From: Octopus sinensis | Lineage: Eukaryota | DNA: 64,000 nt | Direction: 5' to 3' | Assembly (NCBI RefSeq): GCF_006345805.1 | Contig: NC_043012.1 | Coordinates: 41,602,001-41,666,000, forward strand | In this document: piece after piece, positions 54,730 to 64,000 of the stretch | Numbering within the stretch: the first letter of the stretch is position 1 | Layout of the letters: each line of letters opens with the position of its first letter | Notes under the pieces: generated by a model | Told to the model about the DNA's origin: nothing | Seen by the model: only the letters and a program-made list of their open reading frames with translations | The model's database searches: none | Made by a program: the position numbers and the translations under genes

Positions 54730-55894
54730 TGTGCACCTGTCGAGGTGGGAACCAGACGTAGTTGGCCTTAGAAAGGTAAAGAAAAAGGACAATGATACCG
54801 GAAGGGAGAAAGGGCGAGAGGAAGACAGACTAAGAGATAGATAATGTGGTAGGGTGTCAGGTTGAGAGAAAAAATGTGAGGGAATGAGGGAAGTAGTAGG
54901 ATTGTGTAAAAATAACGACTAATTACGGTAACCTCTCAATAAGGTAATTAGTTTTAGAAGTTCTCATAATTAATCTTGGTGATAAGAACATTTTCTATAA
55001 ATTAGCATGTGACGTCATAGGTAATCGTCAAAGGTTTTAATGAACTTTAGGAAAATAATGGAAAAAAAATCTGCAAACCTTTTATAAACCACCGCAATGA
55101 AACATCATGGCAAATCTAAATTTTGAATTTAGAAAGTATGATTCTCACACGAAATGTAATTAAAGTTTTTCTCTCTGATAATATTTATCTCCCTGATTGA
55201 GAAGGAGTACATGTGCAGAAACTGAGTTTCACAATCCTCATGTTAACTAGGTTCAAATTTGACACGTATCTTCGATCGACCCCATAGACATTTTTTACGC
55301 TTTATCCTTTACTTGTTTCAGTCATTAGACTGCGGCCATGCTGGAGCCAACGCTGGGGCATCACCTCAGAGGATTTTACTCGAACGAATCGACCCCAGTG
55401 CCCGTTTCCCTTTTAAGTCTAAGTTTACCATTAGTATTATTATCGTTATTGTTGTTGTTATTATCATTATTATTATTATTATTATAATTTTCTGACATTT
55501 TTTTGGTTTTTTTTTTGGTTGTCATCGTTAAGAGGACTCCTTCCTAATACGATATATCGATCTACCAAGATCTCAGCAGCCTCTCATTCTGTTATGCTTG
55601 ATTACTAAGATGATTGATCGAGTATTTTAATGAAGCTAGAGATCTTCAGTTTGTTTAGTAATTGTTTTCTTTATTTATTTTTGCTTAAATATTTTATTTT
55701 TATTTTGTAATGATTGTGTAGCGTTTCAATAATTATTAGGATATTAATGAAGTATCCATCTCTTCAACTTTTCATAGGTTGAGCAGATTGAACGAAGATG
55801 ATTTCTAAAAGCATATAGTGGTAGCATACGTAAAGTTAGACGAAGATATAGATATGACGAATATAATATACTTACGTGGTAAAATTATAGGAAG

Positions 55895-56310
55895 ACACAG
55901 GGATGGCTGTGTGGTTAGTAGCTTGCTTATCAACCACATGGTTCTGGGTTCAGTCCCACTGCGGGGCACCTTGGGCAAGTGTCTTCTACTATAGCCTCGG
56001 TCCGATCAAAGCCTTATGAGTGGATTTGATGGACGGAAACTGAAAGAAGCCCGTCGTATATATATATATATATATATATACATGTGTGTATATGTTTGTG
56101 TGTCTGTGTTTATCACCCCTCCCCAACATCGCTTGACAACCGATGGTGGTGAGTTTACGTCCCAGTAACCTAACAGTTCGGCAAAAGAGACTGATCGAAT
56201 AAGTACCAGGCTTACAAAGAATAAGTCCTAGGGTCGATTTGCTCGACAAAAAGGCGGTGCTCCAGCATGGCCACAGTCAAATGACTGAAACAAGTAACGG
56301 AGTAAAGAGT
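55895..56310 (+). mobile_element. Family B SINE, full length
   Basis: Colinear with 49727-50125. Confidence 0.9.
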
Positions 56311-56447
56311 AAAGAGTACACCGTTACAGTAAGTATATAGATTAGGAAAAACGTAAAGTTAAAGGAAGATTTTTAAAAAAAATAGTTATATGACAGAAAT
56401 ACTAATAAATTATTAAGACAGTAGTTTCCATACAGCCACTGTATGTT

Positions 56448-56547
56448 NNNNNNNNNNNNNNNNNNNNNNNNNNNNNNNNNNNNNNNNNNNNNNNNNNNNN
56501 NNNNNNNNNNNNNNNNNNNNNNNNNNNNNNNNNNNNNNNNNNNNNNN
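56448..56547. other. Assembly gap (100 N)
   Basis: Run of exactly 100 N, a typical placeholder for a gap of unknown size. Confidence 0.99.
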
Positions 56548-57099
56548 CCACATCTCTTCACTTCCTCCCATTTCCTATGTTGGAGAGTGCTTATCTCTCA
56601 CTCCCCAATCCTGTCATCTCCCACTCCCTCTATATACCCAGTTTTCAACAGTCACTGCATTCCCCACCCCCACACTCCTTACATTCCTACTCATGCACCT
56701 TTGGCAATACCTTACCATTTATATTCTGAACCCCATACCTTGACGGTATGCCATAGCACTTCACCACCATCTATCTCTCTCTTGCTCTGTTCTACCATCC
56801 CATCTATATTCTGATTCCACTTCCTTCTCAGTATGCCCTGGCACTTCTCCACCATCTCTCCTCTGCTCTCTCTCTCTTTCTCTCTCCCTCTCACTGGTTA
56901 ACCATGTATCTCCTCTACAGCCACACACCTGTTTCTGTCCTCATTCTTGATCACTTCCCACCTCTGGCCAAGTAACCATGTATCTCTTTAGCAAGTCACC
57001 TCTTTCTATCTCTCTTTCACACTCTAACCTTTCATAATCTGGCACAAGATCACCCCCCTCCAATGCTCTCTCCCCTCTCAAAAGATCTTTGTCTTGCGA

Positions 57100-57392
57100 G
57101 TTACTCAGTGCCCATACCAATGCTGATACCATGTAAAAAGCATCCAGTCTATATTGTAAAGTGGTTGGCATTTGGAAGGGCATCCAGCTGTAAAAATCAT
57201 GCCAGAACTGACCTCGCCTATGCTGGTGCCATGTCCACTCTCTGGGATGGTTGGTGTTAGGAAGGGCATCTAGTCATATAAACCATGCAAAAACAGAGAC
57301 TGAAGCTTGGTGCAGTCTTCCGTCCAGCCAGTTTCTCTCAAACCATCCAACACATGCCAGCATGGAAAGGATGATGAAGATGATGATGATAA
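57100..57392 (+). mobile_element. SINE with GGAAGGGCATCCAG core and RTE-like 3' tail
   Basis: Duplicated 'ggaagggcatc' core; tail 'catgccagcatggaaag...gatgatgat'. A related minus-strand copy lies at 61915-62340. Confidence 0.7.
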
Positions 57393-58254
57393 TATTCCTT
57401 TAAAAAATGAGACATAAAAATAATGAAAGTTAGCCCAAACCCTCTGTATATATATCTTTACCTCTAACGATATATTGAAAAATAATTTGGAGATGATGTT
57501 GAAACTATTAGCAGCTTCAACATTTTCATAAGCTAGAATTACCCTGGAAATGGCTTTTTTTGTCTGTATGAAAACACTAAGAACATTCTCTCTTACTCTC
57601 TATTCCTAAATTACCACCATTATAAAAAGTAAAAATAAAAAAAAACACTCCATGAATTTCATTCAGACTGTAGGTTGTAATTTCAGGGAGATTGGCTGCT
57701 ATTTCTAGCATATTTAGCTACCATTTAGAGGTTTCCCCTGTTAGCTCGTACATACATACTTAAGATCAAAGGGTGTGATTTGAGGAAGATTTGACTGCTA
57801 TTTCTAGCAGTTCAAGTGACTGTAGAGTAAGAGTTCTCAACCATTTTTTACCTGTGGACACATTTGATTACTATTTTATTCTGGTGGACCCCCATAGCCA
57901 TTCAAAGTTTTGTTTTTCACACATTGACTTGTGTCGGTTGAACTACGTAAAATGTTAGAGAAAGAAACCTAACTGTTTCTGCAATACTTACCAATACATA
58001 TATCTAAAGCAAAATTCTTTCAGGGGCCTTCAAAATACTGTTGTAGATCCCTAATTTACTATTTTGCTGCATGGCCTCTGGTTTTATATGGACCCTGGTT
58101 GAGAACCACTGTCTTTATAGCATTTGTAGGTGGTGTGTGCTGTGACATTGCTTTTTTAGTTGCCTTGATTTAGCTTACATTCATGGGATGCATTTTTATG
58201 AAATGTCAGGTGTCAGGCATGTGCTTTATATCTTGTATTGTGTCTGTTATACAG

Positions 58255-58437
58255 GAGCGCTGAGATCCTTTTCTTTCTGGTCAGTCGGTATCTTAAGATA
58301 CATGATGGCATCAAATTCCCTCTCATAGAGTTCATGCAGAGTCTGGTTAATGCTCGACGGAACATTGCACTGTTTCAGCACCATGATGGTATTACGGGGA
58401 CTTCCAAGGACGTCGTAGTTGACGACTATATTGACAG
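58255..58437 (+). CDS. MAN2A1: Internal coding exon of Golgi alpha-mannosidase II (GH38, MAN2A1/MAN2A2 group)
   Basis: acAG|G...AG|GTttgt; 183 bp, phase 2-2. Translation (R)SAEILFFLVSRYLKIHDGIKFPLIEFMQSLVNARRNIALFQHHDGITGTSKDVVVDDYID(R) matches the GH38 middle-domain ARRNLxLFQHHDxITGT motif, with the MAN2A-type KDxVVxDY tail. Confidence 0.92.
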
Positions 58438-58519
58438 GTTTGTATCATTGTCTGCTTGTTTATTCTGTGCATATATGTATGTGTCTGTATATGTAATATA
58501 TACTAGGTATATTTAGCCA

Positions 58520-60040
58520 CAGGAGAAGTAGAAAGAAAGAAGTCTGCTGGTGTTCTGCAGCATGAGGACCAGGGACTTGAGGTGTTTGGGATTGCAAGAC
58601 AGTGTATCAGAGAGAATTGCGATGCTGTAGGAGAGAAGAGTGCATTTGCAGTTAGTTATTCTGCAAAGAAAGAGACTTGGAGATTCCACTATGTGAGGCT
58701 GTTAAATGTTGAGAACACATGTGAGAAGAGGAGTCTGTCCAATGTGGATCCAACAGAGGAACCAGCTATCCAAATAGACAGTAGCTTGACTGATAAAGCA
58801 ATTGAAGATATGAAAGCAAAGAAAGCCCCTAGCCCTTCAGAAATCACTGCTGATATGGCCTAGTTATCTGTAGAGTTAATCAGGTTATCAACAATGGAGT
58901 CATACCCAATGGCTGGTGTAGCAGTAACTGCTACAATGGTAAAGGTGACACCTTAGATAGAAACAATTACAGAGGTATCAAATTGGTGGACCAGATGATG
59001 AAAGTTACAGGGATGGTCATAGTTCAACTAATTAGGTTCAACTAATAAGAGAGTTAGCTTCGATGAGATGCAGTTTGGTTTTGTACCTGGTAGAAGCACT
59101 ACTCATGCTATCTTCCTGGTAGGAGAAACATGTAGCCAAGAATAAACCTGTATTTGACTTTTGTTGACATATAGAAAACCTTTGTCAGGGTCCCCTGCTC
59201 CCTTATCTACTGGTCAATGCAAAAGCTAGGGATAGATGAGTGTACAATACATGTACAGAATGATGTCAGTAAGGTGAAGGTTGATAATGAGTATAGCAAT
59301 GAATTTAGTAGGAGTTCACCAAGGATCAGTTCTCATCCCCCTTTTGTTTATCATAATCCACCAAGCAATAACAGAGGGATTTAAGATCCCTTGGGAGCTC
59401 CTCTATGCTGATGATCTTGTTTTTATAACTGAATTACTACCCAAACTAGAGAGGAAATTTCAGGTATGGAAGCAAAGTCTGGAATCTAAAGGCCTTAGAC
59501 AAATCACAAGTCTCTTCAGAGAAATGGCTTTGCTTGGATATGTAAGAAGGGTGTTGGTAAAAACTCCATATGTTGTACTCAGTGCAAGCTTTGGACACAT
59601 AAGAGCTGTATTGGTGTCACAGGAAGGCTAACAATGAAAGTAGTCTTTGTGTGTGGCAAATGTGCAGGTACAATAAATACTAAGAATGTAAAAGCAGATT
59701 GTATTATGCCTGTGTACATACAGCTATGTTACCTGGCAGTGAAACATGGGCTGTGACTGCAGAGGACATGAGAAGGGTTGAAAGGATTGAAGCCAGCATG
59801 CTCTGCTGGATGGATAATGTCAGTAAAGGATTTAAGAGAAAAACTAGGTTTCAGGGGCATCAGTTGTAGTGTGAAAGAGGGAAGACTGCACTGATATGAT
59901 CATGTTATGCATATGGAGGTGGATAGCTGCATAAAGAAGTGATGATTTCTAATCGTGGAAGGAACATATGGAAGGGGCAGACTCAGGAAGATGTGGGGTG
60001 AAGTGGTGACGGATCTTCAGATGGCAAGAGACTGAGACCA
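58520..60040 (+). mobile_element. Decayed RTE-clade LINE (intronic)
   Basis: NNYRGIKLVDQMMKV, FGFVPGRSTTHAIF, GVHQGSVLIPLLF, PWELLYADDLV; many stops and frameshifts. Confidence 0.88.
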
Positions 60041-60194
60041 ATATTCTGCAAGAACTTGTTTATCATGTTCTTGCAGAATATTGGAAATGAATGACACTGC
60101 TTCTGTGATAGTGACAATCATTTACAGTTATCACACAACACAAAACAAAAGACCCACGCACGTGTGCACACACACATACACACATATATGTACA

Positions 60195-60330
60195 CATACG
60201 ATGGGCTACTTTCAGCTTCTGTGCATCAAATCTCCTCACAAGATTTTGATCAATCTAAGGCTGTCACATAGCAGGACTGAACCTGCAACCAGTGGTCAGA
60301 AAGTAAGCCTCTTTTACGCAACCATGCCTG
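60195..60330 (-). mobile_element. Degenerate family B SINE head
   Basis: 'tacgatgggctactttcagcttctg...ggactgaacctgcaacc' resembles 4815-4960. Confidence 0.7.
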
Positions 60331-60337
60331 TGCATCC

Positions 60338-60390
<53 letters not shown>

Positions 60391-60519
60391 TACACACACA
60401 CACACACAGTGCAGATGGTATTTGAGGACAGATTTATGCTTTTTAAAAACACTTATATAATAACAGAAAGAAACTGTATTTTTAGAAAAATAACATAAAC
60501 ATAAATCTAAATTATTATT

Positions 60520-61200
60520 TTAATAATTTCATTCAATAAAACCACCATAAGCATCAATAACTGCCTCTACATGGGGTCGAAATCATTTACAATCTCAGAT
60601 TAAATTGTCCTTGTTCATATTGAACGACTCGAACTATGGTGGCTTTCAAAGAATCTTTAGTGCTATGGGGGTGTTCATTGACATTTTTCTCGACAATGCT
60701 CCATACAAAGTAATCCAGTGGATTGAGATCTTTAGAGATATAAGGCCTTCCATTGTAAACACTGTTGATCCAAAGCTTAACAACTTTATCCAGAACCTCA
60801 ATATATACAGCAGTATTCATCCTAAGGCCTTGTAGAAAAAAGTGAGGAGGCATCACATGTCCTTCATTGTTAACAGCATCCAAAAACATGACACTTGCAG
60901 GAAGTTTTGTATGCATTACTCTTGGAACCTCAGAAGTGTCTGTACATAGCCACCTGTTATCTGTTAGTTTTCTGGTCCTGGTCAAAGTTTTCTCATCTGA
61001 GAAAAACCAAATCATACCATCTTCTGATGGATATTTAAGCTTGTTCAAAAATCTTTTGATTCTGATTAAGCAGTTTTCTTTTGATTTTTCTGACATTAAT
61101 TGACCTCTCCTCATCATGTAAGATTTGTATCAGATACCTTCACGCACAACATTTCTGATTATTTTTCTGACACAGAAAATTTTTTTTGCAATTGACCTCA
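60520..61200 (-). mobile_element. Tc1/mariner transposase remnant, DD37D (maT)-like
   Basis: WFFSDEK, HTKLPASVM, GHVMPPHFF, DLNPLDYFVWS; the second-D region is deleted. Confidence 0.8.
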
Positions 61201-61379
61201 TTGATTTTCCTGGATTGTTTTCAATGTTTTGCTTAACTTCTTGAATAAATTCAGGTGTCCTGATAGAATCAGAATGTGTGGAATGTTTTTTTATGTTTTG
61301 ATACAGGTAATACGCTTCCTCTAACTCCTACCAAATCTTGTGGACAAAAGATCTTGCAACTTTCAGAAAACAAGAAATT

Positions 61380-61915
61380 TCTAAATCACCATGTTTAGCC
61401 TCCAAAGCCACCATCAAAGCATGCCATGATTGTTTTTGATTGATATTATTGTAGACAATCCATTTTCCATCACCTGTGATGATTTGTTTCAAAAACAGGT
61501 CGATTTCATTGTGTTTTAAATACATATCGCAAATGTTGATTCATTGTGTTGAGTGAATCTCTTTCAATTTATGTGGAACCCAAATGTCAAGCTTCTTAAC
61601 AAGTCTGAGACATTTTAAATGGTTTTCAATTGTTATGTATGATACATTTAACCTCTCTGCAATCTCTCACACAGTTATATAGCAATTAAATTCAATTATA
61701 GCTTTGATACGGTCATCATCAACTTCTGTAGGTTGACCAAAACATTGGTTACTTTTGAGTGAAAAATCTCCAGAATGGAATTTTTTAAACCATTTCTGAC
61801 ATGTGCATTCTGTTAAGCAATCAACACCATAAACTTCACATATCTCTTTGTGAACCTCAGCAGCTTTCTTGCCTTTACCAAAATGAAAAAGCAAAATATG
61901 GCAAAAATGTTCATT
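61380..61915 (-). mobile_element. Mariner transposase N-terminal remnant
   Basis: EHFCHILLFHFGKGKKAAEVHKEICEVYG...QKWFKKFHSGDFSL; WVPHKL; LKQIITGDGKW. Confidence 0.88.
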
Positions 61916-62340
61916 ATCATCATCATTCAACATCCACTCTCCATGCTGGCATCGTTTAGACCGTTTGACTGGAACTGATGAGCTGGAGAGCTGCACCAAG
62001 TTCCAGTCTGATTTGGCTTGGTTTCTACTGTTGGATGCCCTTCCCAACATGAGCCACTCCAGGAGTGTAATGGATACTTTTACGTGCAACCATGACTACA
62101 ATTCATGGGTGCCGTTTGCATGGCACCAGTAACGAAAACTCACAGGTGCCATTTACATGGCACTGCCAATGAGAACGATTCCTGGATACCAATTTTCAGG
62201 ACTTAATCAATGACCATGACTATGATACACAGATGCCATGAATGACCATGACCTCAATGCATTGGGTGTTATTTACATGGCACTAGCATGGCCACAACTA
62301 TGATTTTATTTCGCCTGACGAGTCCTCTTACACACAGCAT
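61915..62340 (-). mobile_element. SINE with RTE-like tail and internal GGTGCC...GGCACC hairpin repeats
   Basis: 'catcatcattcaacatccactctccatgctggc', 'ggatgcccttcc' and repeated 'ggtgcc.tt.catggcac'. Confidence 0.7.
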
Positions 62341-62349
62341 ATTGCCAGA

Positions 62350-63240
62350 GGTCTCAGTCACTTGTCATCATCTCCATGAAGCCCAACATTTGAAGACCAT
62401 GCTTCACCACCTCATTCCATGTCTTCCTGGTCTACCTCTTCCACAGGTTCCCTTCACAGTTAGAGATTGGCACTTCTTTACACAGTTGTCCTCATCCAGA
62501 TGCATCATATGACCATATAAATGCAGTTGTCTCCCTTGCACATCACATCTGATGCCTCTTATGCCCAGCTTTTCTCTCAAGATGCTTACACTCTGTCATA
62601 CATGCACACTGACTTTGCACATCCAGCAAAGCATACTCTGCTTCATTTCTTTCAAGATTACACATGTCCTTGGTAGTCATAGCCTGTGTTTTACTGCCAT
62701 GTAGCACAACTGTTCAAACACAGACATCATACAGTCTGCCTTTCACTCTGAGGGAGAGGCCCTTTGGTACCAACAGAGATAGGAACACTCTGAACTTTGC
62801 CCATCCTATTGTTATTCTTACAGCTATACTCTCGGAGCATCCACCTCCACTTACCTGCCTGGCATTTGATGGCATCTATTTTCTGTGCATTTGTGGTGTT
62901 TATTGTACCCGTACACCTTACACACACAAAAACTATTTTCCAAGTTAACTTCCTCTGATATTGCTGCACCTCTTATGTATCTATAGCTCACACTGGGTAC
63001 ATCTTATTGAGTTTCTACCTATGCCTTTTCTACAGATTGAGCAGGGCTATCTACCTTAGGGGATTTGTGATTTGTCTGCTTTCTGGTGAGAATGTAGTCA
63101 ATCTGGCTTTATAGGTTATCAAGTGACTTGCTGGCTTTCTGATGTTGCAGATCATTAGGTCATTTGTGTGACAGAATTTCAGCAGCTTTATATACTTCTC
63201 ATTTTGGGAACCAATTCCATGTCCCTCATGCACCCCATGG
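62350..63240 (-). mobile_element. Decayed RTE-clade LINE fragments
   Basis: Minus-strand remnants LKFCHTNDLMICN/ASHLITYK (endonuclease-side) and MLREYSCKNNNRMGKVQ (C-terminal region). Confidence 0.65.
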
Positions 63241-63286
63241 AGGATATCTGGGTGCCGCTTATGTGTGTGTATATATATATATATAT

Positions 63287-63562
63287 TGGTAAAAACGGTA
63301 AGATAACAAAAGAAAGAAAGAGACCTCAATATTATGTAAATAGAGGAAATTTATCTGTAAAATAATATGTGACAATTATTCAATAGCCAAGATAAAACTC
63401 TGAGTTTCGGATGCAGAGGTGGAAATCCACACCACCATCTCTTCGGTTATCTGGAGATGGCCAGATAACCGAAGAGATGGTGGTGTGGATTTCCACCTCG
63501 GCATCCGAAACTCAGAGTTTTATCTTGGCTACCGAATAATTGTCACATATTATTTTACAGAT
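63287..63562. mobile_element. Fold-back Penelope-like pLTR (head-to-head), flanked by (TA)n
   Basis: Left arm ending at 63454 mirrors 63461-63562 across spacer AGATGG; same family as 16600-16790. Confidence 0.8.
63461..63528 (+). ncRNA. Type I hammerhead motif, U4C core; mirror copy at 63387-63454 (-)
   Basis: Stem I CCAGAUAA/UUAUCUUGG; CCGAAGA; stem II GAUG/CAUC with an inner GUGG/CCAC hairpin; GAAA; ACUC-A-GAGU; U17 at 63519. Confidence 0.7.
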
Positions 63563-63599
63563 ATATATATATACACACACACACACACACGCGTGTGCG

Positions 63600-63965
63600 C
63601 AAACATGGCTACATGGTTAAGAATCTTGCTTCCTAAACATGTGGTCTTATCTAGGGTTCAGTCCCACTGTGCAGCACCTTGAGCAAGTATCTCTTATTAT
63701 AGCTAAACCCTTGTGAATGGATTTGATATATGGAAACTGAAAGTAGCCTGCTGTATATATGTATGTATTTGTGTATGTGACATCATGTGATGGTTGTGAA
63801 CCAACGTCTATAAAACATATGCCTGGCCATGGGTAAACATCATGCTAGAAAACAAGTGAGTGTTGATAACAGGAAAGGTATCGAGCCATAGAAAATCTGC
63901 CCCAACAAATTCTGTCTAACCAATGCAAGCATGGAAAAGTGGACATTAAATGACAATGAAGATGC
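63600..63965 (+). mobile_element. Family B-headed SINE with RTE-like tail, CpG-decayed
   Basis: Head 'atggctacatggttaag...gggttcagtcccactg'; tail 'gcaagcatggaaaagtggacattaaatg'. Confidence 0.75.
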
Positions 63966-64000
63966 TAATGATGGGATAAATATATATATATTATCATCGT

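Overview
AT-rich, microsatellite-saturated eukaryotic DNA. The SINE families and repeat landscape point to a cephalopod, most likely Octopus (inference, no database search). About 56 kb left of a 100-N gap (56448-56547) shows no host exon that I could recognise. It contains tRNA-derived SINEs (at least three families), decayed RTE and CR1-like LINEs, Tc1/mariner remnants, three non-autonomous Helitrons and an ORF1-only L1/Tx1-like element. Right of the gap the DNA is CpG-depleted and carries one clear coding exon of Golgi alpha-mannosidase II (58255-58437, +). The most interesting signal is a set of type I hammerhead-ribozyme motifs in Penelope-like terminal repeats: one fully canonical (54349-54399), four with a recurrent U4C core, and several degenerate. 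These repeats sit in (TA)n tracts and are repeatedly associated with fold-back palindromes from 42 bp to about 3.9 kb. Some larger duplications and inversions may be assembly artefacts. Almost all ORFs in the supplied track are microsatellite read-throughs or transposon fragments. Repeat boundaries were read by eye and are approximate.
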